From Escherichia coli (GTDB taxonomy: Bacteria > Pseudomonadota > Gammaproteobacteria > Enterobacterales > Enterobacteriaceae), in assembly GCF_036507355.1 (NCBI RefSeq), contig NZ_AP027877.1: a stretch of 64,000 nucleotides of DNA, one strand, 5' to 3'. Within the stretch, counting starts at the first letter, position 1. Each line of letters begins with the position of its first letter. Below are positions 42,096-53,207 of this stretch, piece by piece. A program made the translations under genes and the position numbers. Under the pieces are notes generated by a model. The model made no database searches. It had not been told where the DNA came from and saw only the letters and a list, made by a program, of their open reading frames with translations.

Positions 42096-43949
42096 ATGAG
42101 ACGATTTCTGACGACGCTGATGATACTCCTGGTCGTGCTGGTGGCCGGGTTATCTGCGTTAGTGTTGCTGGTGAATCCGAATGATTTCCGCGACTATATG
42201 GTCAAGCAAGTTGCTGCACGTAGCGGTTATCAATTGCAGCTCGACGGGCCACTGCGTTGGCACGTCTGGCCGCAACTTAGTATCCTCTCCGGGCGAATGT
42301 CTCTCACCGCCCAGGGCGCGAGCCAGCCACTGGTTCGCGCCGACAACATGCGCCTGGACGTGGCGCTTTTACCACTACTGAGTCATCAACTGAGCGTTAA
42401 GCAGGTGATGCTAAAAGGGGCAGTGATCCAACTGACGCCGCAGACGGAAGCGGTGCGCAGTGAAGACGCTCCGGTTGCACCGCGCGACAATACCTTGCCG
42501 GATCTGTCAGACGATCGCGGATGGTCGTTTGATATATCCAGTCTTAAGGTGGCGGACAGCGTTCTGGTGTTCCAGCATGAAGATGACGAGCAGGTGACAA
42601 TCCGCAATATCCGCCTGCAAATGGAACAAGATCCCCAACATCGTGGCTCATTTGAGTTCTCCGGGCGGGTTAATCGCGATCAGCGCGATCTCACGATATC
42701 CCTTAACGGTACGGTGGATGCTTCTGATTATCCGCATGATTTAACGGCTGCTATTGAACAAATTAACTGGCAGTTGCAGGGTGCCGATTTACCAAAACAA
42801 GGTATTCAGGGGCAGGGGAGTTTCCAGGCCCAGTGGCAGGAGTCACATAAACGCCTTTCATTTAACCAAATCAGCTTGACCGCCAATGACAGTACGCTGA
42901 GCGGGCAAGCACAGGTTACGCTGACAGAGAAACCGGAATGGCAGCTGAGGCTGCAATTCCCGCAACTGAATCTTGACAACCTCATCCCGCTTAATGAAAC
43001 AGCGAATGGTGAAAACGGTGCCGCGCAGCAGGGGCAGAGCCAATCAACGTTGCCGCGCCCGGTCATTTCTTCGCGTATTGATGAACCGGCCTATCAGGGA
43101 CTGCAAGGCTTTACGGCTGATATTTTGTTGCAGGCCAGTAACGTGCGCTGGCGCGGAATGAATTTTACAGATGTTGCCACGCAAATGACCAACAAGTCGG
43201 GTTTGCTGGAAATTACTCAACTGCAGGGCAAACTTAACGGTGGACAGGTTTCACTGCCGGGCACGCTGGACGCGACATCAATAAATCCGCGGATAAACTT
43301 CCAGCCACGGCTGGAAAACGTTGAGATTGGTACCATTCTGAAGGCGTTTAACTATCCGATTTCGTTGACCGGAAAAATGTCACTGGCTGGTGATTTCTCC
43401 GGTGCTGACATAGATGCCGACGCATTCCGCCACAACTGGCAAGGACAGGCACATGTCGAAATGACCGACACGCGCATGGAAGGGATGAACTTCCAGCAGA
43501 TGATTCAGCAAGCGGTAGAACGTAATGGTGGTGATGTGAAGGCCGCTGAAAACTTGGATAACGTGACGCGTCTTGACCGCTTTACCACCGATTTGACGTT
43601 GAAGGATGGCGTCGTGACGTTAAACGACATGCAAGGTCAATCGCCTGTGCTGGCGTTGACAGGGGAAGGCATGTTGAATCTGGCAGATCAAACCTGCGAC
43701 ACCCAGTTTGATATTCGGGTCGTGGGTGGCTGGAACGGGGAAAGCAAACTGATTGATTTCCTCAAAGAAACGCCAGTACCGCTGCGGGTTTATGGCAACT
43801 GGCAGCAACTCAATTACAGTCTGCAAGTGGATCAGTTACTGCGCAAACATCTACAGGACGAAGCGAAACGTCGCCTGAATGACTGGGCCGAGCGGAATAA
43901 AGATTCCCGCAATGGCAAAGATGTGAAGAAGTTGCTGGAGAAGATGTAG
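42096..43949 (+). CDS. asmA: outer-membrane assembly protein AsmA
   Basis: 617-aa ORF with N-terminal TM anchor. Confidence 0.9.
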   Translation: MRRFLTTLMILLVVLVAGLSALVLLVNPNDFRDYMVKQVAARSGYQLQLDGPLRWHVWPQLSILSGRMSLTAQGASQPLVRADNMRLDVALLPLLSHQLSVKQVMLKGAVIQLTPQTEAVRSEDAPVAPRDNTLPDLSDDRGWSFDISSLKVADSVLVFQHEDDEQVTIRNIRLQMEQDPQHRGSFEFSGRVNRDQRDLTISLNGTVDASDYPHDLTAAIEQINWQLQGADLPKQGIQGQGSFQAQWQESHKRLSFNQISLTANDSTLSGQAQVTLTEKPEWQLRLQFPQLNLDNLIPLNETANGENGAAQQGQSQSTLPRPVISSRIDEPAYQGLQGFTADILLQASNVRWRGMNFTDVATQMTNKSGLLEITQLQGKLNGGQVSLPGTLDATSINPRINFQPRLENVEIGTILKAFNYPISLTGKMSLAGDFSGADIDADAFRHNWQGQAHVEMTDTRMEGMNFQQMIQQAVERNGGDVKAAENLDNVTRLDRFTTDLTLKDGVVTLNDMQGQSPVLALTGEGMLNLADQTCDTQFDIRVVGGWNGESKLIDFLKETPVPLRVYGNWQQLNYSLQVDQLLRKHLQDEAKRRLNDWAERNKDSRNGKDVKKLLEKM

Positions 43950-43956
43950 GTTACCA

Positions 43957-44035
43957 GGTGACCTGTCCTGTAGGCCTGATAAGACGCGTAAAGCGTCGCA
44001 TCAGGCGTTCGCGGCGGCACCATTATATTCTGAAT
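43957..44035. repeat. REP/BIME element downstream of asmA
   Basis: cctgtaggcctgataagacgcg...cgtcgcatcaggcg REP consensus. Confidence 0.7.
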
Positions 44036-44199
44036 ATGTAAGATCGAAGGCTGTTCCGTTCACTTGATGTTCCTCACTACTATGGAACGCTCAAGCCGGT
44101 GAACGTGCCAGGGTGGCTCAATCGCCACCACCCTGGCAACCCGGGCTCCCGGCGGTAAATCGCCGCTGGCGCGGTTCCCTCATCTTATTCCTTTCGGCT

Positions 44200-45620
44200 A
44201 TCGGGTACGGGCGCGAGGTAACATATATGGACGCTCCCGGAATGCAATGCTTTCTTCAGTTATGTAATAAAACGGGTAGGTGCAGCCATATATCCGGTTT
44301 CTGATGGGATTTTTATCCCGAACCATGATGAAATCCGCCAGGCAGGTACCAATCATCCTCTACGGGCTAACTTGCCCTTGTTACCTCTCGGTGTATCCTG
44401 CCTGCGGTCTTACCTGTTTTGCCATCTTCTGAAGTCACCTGCACCTACCAGGACGTTAACTTTTTTTCAGCACCTCGTCAGATTGACTGACCTTGTGTCA
44501 GGCGAGCTGCCGAGGTTGATATTCAGTATTGTGTGACAACATTGACCACATGCTCCTCGCTGTTTTTGCCGCCATGGCGACAACAGCTACATTGTAGTGC
44601 TTCCGCTCAAGGAGTCCCTGAAGCCAGGAATTCTCCTCAACCGCGCCGTTTCGGTTGACCCAGGCGGTAAGTGCGCGTGCGCCGTGAACCAGCAGGTATC
44701 GGAAATATCCATCTCCACGTTTGCTGATCCCTCCCAGTTGCTGTTTCCCGCCGCTGGAATGTTCCTTTGGTGTCAGCCCCAGCCATGAAGCGAACTGCTT
44801 TGCGGTACTGAATTGTCGGGCATTACCCACTGCTGCTACCACATAAGTGGCCGTTAGCATGCCAACCCCCGGGATTTTGGCCATTCTCTGGCAGGCTTCC
44901 TGCGTTCTATACCAGGAGGCCAGAGCTTCTTCTACCTGTTTAACTTGTTCTTCAAGTTCCCGGATATGTTTAGACTGTCTGTAGATGCTGGTTCTGACAA
45001 AGGGAGATAAACCATTTTCGCTATCCTCCAGAATGGCTGGCAGCTCACGGGTTAAATGGCTTTGTCCGGCCGCAATCGTAATACCAAACTCAGCAAGTGT
45101 GGCTCTTAAACTATTGGCACAGGCAATCCGCTCACGGATAAGTATTCCCCGTTCAGTGTGTAACGCTAAAACGGCCTGCTGCTCTTCGGTTTTTATCTGA
45201 ACAAAACGCATATTCGGACGGGTTACCGCTTCGCAGATTGCTTCAGCATCTGCTGCATCCGTCTTGTTCGTTTTCACATAAGGCTTCACATACTGCGGAG
45301 GTATGAGTTTTACCTCATGACCATAGCGGGTGAATAATCGCGCAAAATAATGACTGGATGAGCAGGCTTCCATGCCAATCAGACAAGGTTCCAGTTGAAT
45401 CACAAACTGAACAAACTTAGCCCGGGTGAGCTTTTTACGCAAAATAGTATGGCCTTCATGATCGACACCATGAAGCTGAAAAACGTTCTTTGCCAGGTCG
45501 ATACCAAGAGTTGATACTTTCATGTGGACGCTCCTAATTTTTCAGGACGTATTGCAACGATCCAGTCTGGTACTTTGATACCGTAAAATCTGGAGCGTCC
45601 ATCTCATTATCCCTTCCCTG
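44200..45620 (-). mobile_element. IS110-family (IS1111-like) insertion sequence; ends approximate
   Basis: Single DEDD-type transposase ORF, no obvious long terminal IRs; 11-bp inverted copies of ATGGACGCTCC at 44227-44237 and 45588-45598; long 3' non-coding region. Confidence 0.6.
44498..45523 (-). CDS. IS110-family transposase/recombinase (DEDD type)
   Basis: 341-aa ORF MKVSTLGIDLAKNVFQLHG...MEACSSSHYFAR...DAADAEAICEA...RPNMRFVQIKT..., pattern typical of IS110/IS1111 transposases. Confidence 0.85.
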   Translation of the reverse strand: MKVSTLGIDLAKNVFQLHGVDHEGHTILRKKLTRAKFVQFVIQLEPCLIGMEACSSSHYFARLFTRYGHEVKLIPPQYVKPYVKTNKTDAADAEAICEAVTRPNMRFVQIKTEEQQAVLALHTERGILIRERIACANSLRATLAEFGITIAAGQSHLTRELPAILEDSENGLSPFVRTSIYRQSKHIRELEEQVKQVEEALASWYRTQEACQRMAKIPGVGMLTATYVVAAVGNARQFSTAKQFASWLGLTPKEHSSGGKQQLGGISKRGDGYFRYLLVHGARALTAWVNRNGAVEENSWLQGLLERKHYNVAVVAMAAKTARSMWSMLSHNTEYQPRQLA

Positions 45621-45788
45621 TAAAACGCGCCCTCAGCCCACATCCATGTGGGCTGCCCCGGCCTACAGGAAACGATTCGGCGATTTACAGCCGGACCCCC
45701 CCCGCTGTAATGTCCATGTACCACAGACAACGCTTCATTGCTGAAGTTATAAGGCGTTACGCAGCATCGGGTAAAATGACCGATACCA

Positions 45789-47372
45789 TCACACCTCGTA
45801 CTCCATCTCGCCATCCTTACGCAGCGGTATAATCTGCACCTTCTGCACGCGATGGCTTTCTACCTGCAACGTTTTAAGCAAATAATCCCCCACCTGAACT
45901 TCTTCGCCAGGTTTTGGAATACGCTGCAAATACTCCATCAACAGCCCGGCAATGGTGTGATATTCACGTTTTTCATCCAGCGGCAGCGGCACATATTGCA
46001 CCAGATCCTCCAGCGGCATATGACCATTCGCCGTCCAGGAACCGTCCGCATTCTTCTGAATATCATGTCGGGCGTCGATCTCTTCCACTTCGTTCGGTAA
46101 GTTACCGGCAATGGTTTCAGTGACGTCACTTAATGTCACAATCCCTTCCACCGAGCCAAACTCATCCACCACAAAAGCAAAGTGCGTGCGGGCATTACGG
46201 AACTGCTCCAGGGCAGGTAACAACGGCAAGGTTTCCGGGAACACCAGCGGCTGGCGAATCAACACCCGCAGGTTGAGCGGTTCGCCGCGCAGTGATTGTT
46301 GTAACAGGTCGATAACGTGAACAACACCGAGCAAATCTTCTGCGTCATCACCGTCGGTAACCACCAGCCGCGTATGCTGATTTCGCTCCAGCAACTGGCG
46401 GATTTCTTCTTCCGGCGCGTTGAGATCGATATGCTCAATATCGTGGCGCGACGTCATAATGCTGCTGACGGTACGCTGGTTAAGATTAAGTACCCGCTCA
46501 ATCATCCGCCGTTCCTGCGGATTAAAGATCTGCTGGTTACCATGATCCACCAGCATGGACGCGGTTTCGGCGTCCAGTTCCGCATCTTCTTTTTGCCCGC
46601 TAAGCAGGCGCATTACCGCTTCGGTAGTCCGCTGGCGCAGCGTCTGGTTAGCGGAAAGAAAACGTCGCCGGTTAAAGATAGCCAACTGATTGAGCGCCTC
46701 GATCATCACCGAGAAACCAATGGCAGCGTACAGGTAGCCTTTCGGAATGACGAAGCCGAAACCTTCTGCCACCAGGCTAAAGCCAATCATCAACAGGAAG
46801 CTTAAGCAGAGAATAACGATGGTCGGGTGACTGTTAACAAATTGCGTTAACGGCTTGCTGGCCATCAACATCAGGCTGATAGCGATAACCACGGCGGCCA
46901 TCATGACCAGTAAATGGTCGACCATCCCGACGGCGGTAATCACTGAGTCGAGTGAGAAGATGGCGTCCAGTACCACAATTTGTGTCACCACCCCCCAGAA
47001 CTTCGCACCTTTGCGTTGTGTGGGATTATTGCTGTCTTTCCCTTCCAGCCGTTCGTTCAGCTCCATCGTGGCTTTGAACAACAGGAAGAAACCACCAAAC
47101 AGCATGATTAAGTCGCGGGCGCTAAAGGTAAACGAGCGGAAGCTGAACAGCGGTTGAGTCAGGGTGACCAGCCAGGAGATTGACGCCAGCAGTAACAGGC
47201 GCATTAACATCGCCAGCAGCAGCCCGGTAACCCGTGCGCGGTCGCGCTGCTTCGGCGGTAGTTTTTCGGCGAGGATGGCAATAAAGACCAGGTTATCAAT
47301 GCCGAGGACCAGTTCGATCACAATCAGCGTGATTAACCCGGCCCAGATAGACGGATCGGCAATCCATTCCAT
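45789..47372 (-). CDS. yegH: TerC-family membrane protein with CBS and CorC/HlyC domains (YegH)
   Basis: Start set at [13 protein letters not shown] (527 aa); integral membrane N-terminus plus CBS pair. Confidence 0.85.
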   Translation of the reverse strand: MEWIADPSIWAGLITLIVIELVLGIDNLVFIAILAEKLPPKQRDRARVTGLLLAMLMRLLLLASISWLVTLTQPLFSFRSFTFSARDLIMLFGGFFLLFKATMELNERLEGKDSNNPTQRKGAKFWGVVTQIVVLDAIFSLDSVITAVGMVDHLLVMMAAVVIAISLMLMASKPLTQFVNSHPTIVILCLSFLLMIGFSLVAEGFGFVIPKGYLYAAIGFSVMIEALNQLAIFNRRRFLSANQTLRQRTTEAVMRLLSGQKEDAELDAETASMLVDHGNQQIFNPQERRMIERVLNLNQRTVSSIMTSRHDIEHIDLNAPEEEIRQLLERNQHTRLVVTDGDDAEDLLGVVHVIDLLQQSLRGEPLNLRVLIRQPLVFPETLPLLPALEQFRNARTHFAFVVDEFGSVEGIVTLSDVTETIAGNLPNEVEEIDARHDIQKNADGSWTANGHMPLEDLVQYVPLPLDEKREYHTIAGLLMEYLQRIPKPGEEVQVGDYLLKTLQVESHRVQKVQIIPLRKDGEMEYEV

Positions 47373-47840
47373 AGTAAGTACAAAACCTATTCGTTGTATG
47401 ACAAATGTCACAATTCGATCATGGATAAATCGGGGCAAAAATGCAATGTTGCAGCACTATTTATCTCATATTATTTGAGGACAATAACCTCACATTATCC
47501 CTGAATTAAAAGTGGTAATAATAAAACATTATTTAAGAAATATCGCATGTGGAGACGCAATATTAAATATTGTCAACCTAAAGAAACTCCTAAAAACCAT
47601 ATTGAATGACACTTAATATAATTCTTAAAAATAGCCAATTGCCGAATTGTTACCTTGCCTGCTATTCCGTTAGCTGTAACACTTCCTCCTGCATTATTGG
47701 AGAGCCAATATTCAATTACCATAATGTCACCTTATATTCGGAAGTTAATTTCCGCAATAACCCTTTCTCATCAACGACTGTATGTTGAGAGGGTTTTAAA
47801 AATTAAGCTAAATCAGTGTATTGGTAGCTAAAAAGCCAGG

Positions 47841-47852
47841 GGCGGTAGCGTG
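47841..47852 (+). promoter_or_regulatory. ops element (GGCGGTAGCGTG) within JUMPstart in the wza leader
   Basis: Exact match to the RfaH-recruiting ops consensus GGCGGTAGnnTG about 180 bp upstream of wza. Confidence 0.75.
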
Positions 47853-48030
47853 TCTGGATGCCTGAAAGACCAGTCTGAATTATTCTGTCAATAGCCTGCG
47901 GATGAAATCAATTTTTTTAGGACTGATGCCAGTTAAATTTTTATTCAATTAACTGCAAGGTAAATGTGCATGGCGACATTGCTATTAATAGTGCACAGGA
48001 TAATTACTCTGCCAAAGTGATAAATAAACA

Positions 48031-49170
48031 ATGATGAAATCCAAAATGAAATTGATGCCATTATTGGTGTCAGTAACCTTGATAAGCGGTTGCACAGTAC
48101 TTCCGGGCAGCAATATGTCGACGATGGGCAAAGACGTCATCAAACAGCAGGACGCTGATTTCGATCTCGACAAAATGGTGAATGTTTATCCGTTGACCCC
48201 GCGCCTGATTGATCAATTACGTCCACGACCCAACGTAGCGCGCCCCAATATGACGCTGGAAAGTGAGATCGCGAATTACCAGTATCGCGTCGGGCCGGGC
48301 GACGTTCTGAATGTCACCGTCTGGGATCACCCGGAACTCACCACGCCAGCCGGTCAGTACCGCAGCTCCAGCGACACCGGCAACTGGGTACAGCCTGACG
48401 GCACTATGTTTTACCCGTATATCGGCAAGGTTCACGTAGTCGGGAAAACGCTCGCTGAAATCCGCAGTGATATTACCGGGCGCTTAGCGACGTACATCGC
48501 TGACCCGCAAGTGGACGTTAATATCGCCGCCTTCCGCTCACAAAAGGCCTATATCTCCGGACAGGTGAATAAATCCGGTCAACAGGCGATCACCAACGTA
48601 CCACTGACCATTCTCGACGCCATCAACGCCGCAGGTGGCCTGACCGACACCGCTGACTGGCGCAACGTGGTGTTAACACACAATGGTCGTGAAGAACGCA
48701 TTTCTTTGCAGGCGCTGATGCAAAACGGCGACCTCAATCAGAACCGACTGCTTTATCCCGGCGATATTCTCTACGTGCCGCGTAATGATGATCTGAAAGT
48801 GTTTGTGATGGGGGAAGTGAAGAAACAGAGCACCCTGAAAATGGACTTTAGCGGCATGACCCTGACCGAAGCCCTGGGCAATGCTGAAGGCATCGACATG
48901 ACCACCTCCAACGCCAGCGGCATCTTTGTCATTCGTCCGCTGAAAGGCGAGGGCGGGCGTAACGGCAAGATTGCCAATATCTACCAGCTGGATATGTCCG
49001 ATGCCACGTCGCTGGTGATGGCGACAGAATTCCGCCTGCAACCTTATGACGTGGTGTATGTCACCACCGCCCCGGTTTCCCGCTGGAACCGTCTGATCAA
49101 TCAGTTGCTGCCAACTATTAGCGGTGTCCGTTACATGACGGATACAGCCAGCGACATTCATAACTGGTAA
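48031..49170 (+). CDS. wza: outer-membrane polysaccharide export lipoprotein Wza
   Basis: 379-aa ORF with lipobox LISGC. Confidence 0.9.
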   Translation: MMKSKMKLMPLLVSVTLISGCTVLPGSNMSTMGKDVIKQQDADFDLDKMVNVYPLTPRLIDQLRPRPNVARPNMTLESEIANYQYRVGPGDVLNVTVWDHPELTTPAGQYRSSSDTGNWVQPDGTMFYPYIGKVHVVGKTLAEIRSDITGRLATYIADPQVDVNIAAFRSQKAYISGQVNKSGQQAITNVPLTILDAINAAGGLTDTADWRNVVLTHNGREERISLQALMQNGDLNQNRLLYPGDILYVPRNDDLKVFVMGEVKKQSTLKMDFSGMTLTEALGNAEGIDMTTSNASGIFVIRPLKGEGGRNGKIANIYQLDMSDATSLVMATEFRLQPYDVVYVTTAPVSRWNRLINQLLPTISGVRYMTDTASDIHNW

Positions 49171-49175
49171 TCGTC

Positions 49176-49619
49176 ATGTTTAACAACATATTAGTTGTCT
49201 GTGTCGGCAATATTTGCCGTTCCCCGACGGCGGAACGCTTACTGCAACGTTATCACCCGGAACTGAAAGTGGAGTCCGCTGGACTCGGCGCGCTGGTCGG
49301 TAAGGGCGCTGATCCTACCGCTATCAGCGTCGCCGCAGAACATCAACTGTCTCTGGAAGGCCACTGTGCACGACAAATCAGCCGCCGCCTGTGTCGCAAC
49401 TATGACCTGATTTTGACCATGGAAAAGCGCCATATCGAACGCTTATGCGAGATGGCACCTGAGATGCGCGGCAAAGTGATGCTGTTTGGTCACTGGGATA
49501 ACGAATGTGAAATCCCCGATCCGTATCGCAAAAGCCGGGAAACGTTTGCAGCGGTGTACACATTACTTGAACGGTCTGCCCGCCAGTGGGCGCAGGCATT
49601 GAACGCAGAGCAGGTATAA
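49176..49619 (+). CDS. wzb: low-molecular-weight protein-tyrosine phosphatase Wzb
   Basis: 147-aa ORF with CVGNICRS P-loop motif. Confidence 0.9.
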   Translation: MFNNILVVCVGNICRSPTAERLLQRYHPELKVESAGLGALVGKGADPTAISVAAEHQLSLEGHCARQISRRLCRNYDLILTMEKRHIERLCEMAPEMRGKVMLFGHWDNECEIPDPYRKSRETFAAVYTLLERSARQWAQALNAEQV

Positions 49620-49621
49620 GA

Positions 49622-51784
49622 ATGACAGAAAAAGTAAAACAACATGCCGCTCCGGTAACGGGCAGTGATGAAATCGATATTGGTCGCCTGGTCGGCACCG
49701 TCATTGAAGCGCGCTGGTGGGTGATTGGCATCACCGCTGTATTTGCCCTCTGTGCCGTGGTTTACACCTTCTTCGCCACGCCGATTTATAGTGCCGACGC
49801 ACTGGTACAAATCGAGCAAAGCAGCGGCAATTCGTTAGTGCAGGACATTGGTTCGGCATTAGCCAACAAACCGCCTGCATCGGACGCCGAGATCCAGTTG
49901 ATTCGTTCGCGTCTGGTGCTTGGTAAAACGGTGGACGATCTCGACCTCGATATTGCGGTGAGCAAAAACACGTTCCCGATTTTCGGTGCGGGCTGGGATC
50001 GTTTGATGGGACGTCAGAACGAGACGGTGAAAGTGACCACCTTTAACCGCCCGAAAGAGATGGCGGATCAGGTGTTTACGCTTAATGTGCGGGACAACAA
50101 AAACTACACCCTGAGCAGCGACGGCGGCTTTAGCGCCCGTGGGCAAGCGGGTCAGATGCTGAAAAAAGAAGGCGTCACGCTGATGGTTGAAGCCATTCAC
50201 GCCAGCCCGGGCAGTGAGTTTACCGTCACCAAATACTCCACGCTGGGGATGATCAACCAACTGCAAAACAGCCTGACGGTAACGGAGAACGGCAAAGACG
50301 CAGGCGTACTGAGCCTGACTTATACCGGTGAAGATCGCGAACAGATCCGCGACATTCTTAACAGCATCGCCCGTAACTATCAGGAACAAAATATTGAGCG
50401 CAAATCGGCGGAAGCGTCGAAAAGCCTCGCTTTCCTCGCGCAACAGTTACCGGAAGTACGTAGCCGCCTCGATGTTGCCGAAAACAAACTGAATGCCTTC
50501 CGTCAGGATAAAGATTCTGTTGATCTGCCGCTGGAAGCGAAAGCGGTGCTCGATTCGATGGTGAACATCGACGCGCAGTTGAACGAACTGACCTTTAAAG
50601 AGGCGGAAATCTCCAAGCTGTACACCAAAGTTCACCCGGCGTACCGCACGCTGCTGGAGAAACGTCAGGCGCTGGAAGACGAAAAAGCCAAACTTAATGG
50701 TCGCGTAACGGCGATGCCGAAAACCCAGCAGGAAATTGTCCGTCTGACCCGCGATGTCGAGTCTGGTCAGCAGGTCTATATGCAACTGCTGAATAAAGAG
50801 CAGGAGCTGAAAATCACCGAAGCCAGCACCGTCGGCGATGTGCGCATTGTTGACCCGGCAATCACCCAGCCTGGCGTGCTAAAACCGAAGAAAGGGCTGA
50901 TTATCCTCGGCGCGATTATCCTTGGCCTGATGCTCTCTATCGTGGGTGTGCTGCTGCGCTCGTTGTTTAATCGCGGCATCGACAGCCCGCAGGTGCTGGA
51001 AGAACACGGTATCAGCGTCTATGCCAGCATCCCGTTGTCGGAATGGCAGAAAGCGCGCGATAGCGTCAAAACCATCAAAGGGATTAAACGCTATAAACAG
51101 AGCCAGCTACTGGCGGTGGGGAATCCAACCGATCTGGCGATTGAAGCCATCCGCAGTCTGCGTACCAGTTTGCACTTCGCGATGATGCAGGCGCAGAACA
51201 ATGTGTTGATGATGACCGGGGTTAGCCCGTCAATCGGTAAAACCTTTGTCTGTGCCAACCTGGCGGCGGTGATCAGTCAGACCAATAAACGGGTGTTGTT
51301 GATCGACTGCGATATGCGCAAAGGCTACACCCACGAGCTGTTGGGCACCAATAACGTCAATGGCCTGTCGGAAATTCTGATTGGTCAGGGCGATATTACT
51401 GCTGCTGCTAAACCCACTTCGATTGCCAAATTTGACCTGATCCCGCGCGGTCAGGTACCGCCAAATCCTTCTGAACTGTTGATGAGCGAACGCTTTGCCG
51501 AACTGGTGAACTGGGCGAGTAAAAACTACGACCTGGTGTTGATTGATACGCCGCCGATTCTGGCAGTGACCGATGCGGCAATTGTTGGTCGTCATGTCGG
51601 AACCACGTTAATGGTGGCGCGATATGCGGTCAACACATTGAAAGAAGTGGAAACCAGTCTGAGCCGCTTTGAGCAAAACGGTATTCCGGTGAAAGGGGTG
51701 ATTCTGAACTCCATCTTCCGCCGCGCCAGCGCGTATCAGGATTATGGCTATTACGAATACGAATATAAGTCGGATGCGAAATAA
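49622..51784 (+). CDS. wzc: tyrosine autokinase / polysaccharide co-polymerase Wzc
   Basis: Start at ATG MTEKVKQ (720 aa); Walker A, C-terminal Tyr-rich tail YQDYGYYEYEYKSD. Confidence 0.9.
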   Translation: MTEKVKQHAAPVTGSDEIDIGRLVGTVIEARWWVIGITAVFALCAVVYTFFATPIYSADALVQIEQSSGNSLVQDIGSALANKPPASDAEIQLIRSRLVLGKTVDDLDLDIAVSKNTFPIFGAGWDRLMGRQNETVKVTTFNRPKEMADQVFTLNVRDNKNYTLSSDGGFSARGQAGQMLKKEGVTLMVEAIHASPGSEFTVTKYSTLGMINQLQNSLTVTENGKDAGVLSLTYTGEDREQIRDILNSIARNYQEQNIERKSAEASKSLAFLAQQLPEVRSRLDVAENKLNAFRQDKDSVDLPLEAKAVLDSMVNIDAQLNELTFKEAEISKLYTKVHPAYRTLLEKRQALEDEKAKLNGRVTAMPKTQQEIVRLTRDVESGQQVYMQLLNKEQELKITEASTVGDVRIVDPAITQPGVLKPKKGLIILGAIILGLMLSIVGVLLRSLFNRGIDSPQVLEEHGISVYASIPLSEWQKARDSVKTIKGIKRYKQSQLLAVGNPTDLAIEAIRSLRTSLHFAMMQAQNNVLMMTGVSPSIGKTFVCANLAAVISQTNKRVLLIDCDMRKGYTHELLGTNNVNGLSEILIGQGDITAAAKPTSIAKFDLIPRGQVPPNPSELLMSERFAELVNWASKNYDLVLIDTPPILAVTDAAIVGRHVGTTLMVARYAVNTLKEVETSLSRFEQNGIPVKGVILNSIFRRASAYQDYGYYEYEYKSDAK

Positions 51785-51850
51785 CGACGCCTGCATTCGC
51801 ACCGCCCCGTAGGCCGGATAAGGCGCTCACGCCGCATCCGGCAAGCAAAC
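51785..51850. repeat. REP element
   Basis: gccggataaggcg...gcatccggc palindromic REP between wzc and wcaA. Confidence 0.6.
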
Positions 51851-51876
51851 CAGCTCATAAGCCGGGAGAACAACCT

Positions 51877-52716
51877 ATGAAAGACAATCCGCTGATCTCA
51901 ATCTATATGCCGACCTGGAACCGCCAACAACTGGCGATTCGGGCGATAAAATCGGTCCTGCGCCAGGACTACAGCAACTGGGAGATGATCATCGTGGATG
52001 ATTGCTCCACCTCCTGGGAACAACTGCAACAGTACGTCACCGCCCTCAACGATCCGCGTATTACCTACATTCACAACGACATTAACAGCGGGGCGTGCGC
52101 GGTACGTAACCAGGCGATTATGCTGGCGCAAGGGGAATACATCACCGGGATCGATGATGATGATGAATGGACACCCAACCGTCTGAGCGTCTTCCTCGCC
52201 CATAAACAGCAACTGGTCACTCACGCCTTTTTGTACGCTAACGACTACGTTTGCCAGGGCGAAGTCTATTCCCAACCAGCAAGTTTGCCGCTGTATCCCA
52301 AATCGCCGTACTCACGCCGCCTGTTCTATAAACGCAATATCATTGGCAATCAGGTCTTTACCTGGGCATGGCGTTTCAAAGAGTGTTTGTTCGATACCGA
52401 ACTGAAAGCGGCACAGGATTACGACATCTTCCTGCGGATGGTGGTGGAGTATGGCGAACCGTGGAAAGTGGAAGAAGCGACGCAGATCCTGCATATCAAT
52501 CACGGTGAAATGCAGATCACCTCGTCACCGAAAAAATTCTCCGGATACTTCCACTTTTACCGCAAGCACAAAGACAAATTTGACCGCGCCAGCAAAAAAT
52601 ATCAGCTGTTTACCCTCTACCAGATCCGCAATAAACGCATGACCTGGCGCACTTTGCTGACGCTGCTGTCGGTGCGTAACGGCAAACGTCTGGCTGATGG
52701 TATTCGGGGGCGCTAA
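51877..52716 (+). CDS. wcaA: colanic acid glycosyltransferase WcaA (GT2)
   Basis: 279-aa ORF, position in wca cluster. Confidence 0.85.
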   Translation: MKDNPLISIYMPTWNRQQLAIRAIKSVLRQDYSNWEMIIVDDCSTSWEQLQQYVTALNDPRITYIHNDINSGACAVRNQAIMLAQGEYITGIDDDDEWTPNRLSVFLAHKQQLVTHAFLYANDYVCQGEVYSQPASLPLYPKSPYSRRLFYKRNIIGNQVFTWAWRFKECLFDTELKAAQDYDIFLRMVVEYGEPWKVEEATQILHINHGEMQITSSPKKFSGYFHFYRKHKDKFDRASKKYQLFTLYQIRNKRMTWRTLLTLLSVRNGKRLADGIRGR

Positions 52717-52718
52717 AG

Positions 52719-53207
52719 ATGCTGGAAGATCTGCGCGCCAACAGCTGGAGTTTACGCCCGTGCTGCATGGTTCTTGCCTATCGTGTTGCTCATTTTTGTT
52801 CGGTGTGGCGCAAAAAGAACGTCCTCAACAATCTGTGGGCGGACCCGCTGCTGGTGCTGTATCGCATTATCACCGAATGCTTTTTCGGTTATGAAATCCA
52901 GGCAGCCGCAACCATTGGCCGCCGCTTTACTATCCATCACGGTTACGCCGTAGTGATCAATAAAAACGTGGTAGCGGGGGATGATTTTACCATTCGCCAC
53001 GGCGTCACTATCGGCAATCGTGGTGCCGATAACATGGCATGTCCACACATTGGCAACGGCGTCGAACTCGGTGCCAACGTCATTATTCTTGGTGATATCA
53101 CGCTTGGTAACAACGTCACCGTGGGTGCGGGCAGCGTGGTGCTCGACTCTGTCCCGGACAACGCGCTGGTGGTGGGAGAAAAAGCGAGAGTGAAGGTAAT
53201 TAAATGA
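52719..53207 (+). CDS. wcaB: colanic acid acetyltransferase WcaB (hexapeptide repeat)
   Basis: 162-aa ORF with left-handed beta-helix hexapeptide repeats. Confidence 0.85.
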   Translation: MLEDLRANSWSLRPCCMVLAYRVAHFCSVWRKKNVLNNLWADPLLVLYRIITECFFGYEIQAAATIGRRFTIHHGYAVVINKNVVAGDDFTIRHGVTIGNRGADNMACPHIGNGVELGANVIILGDITLGNNVTVGAGSVVLDSVPDNALVVGEKARVKVIK

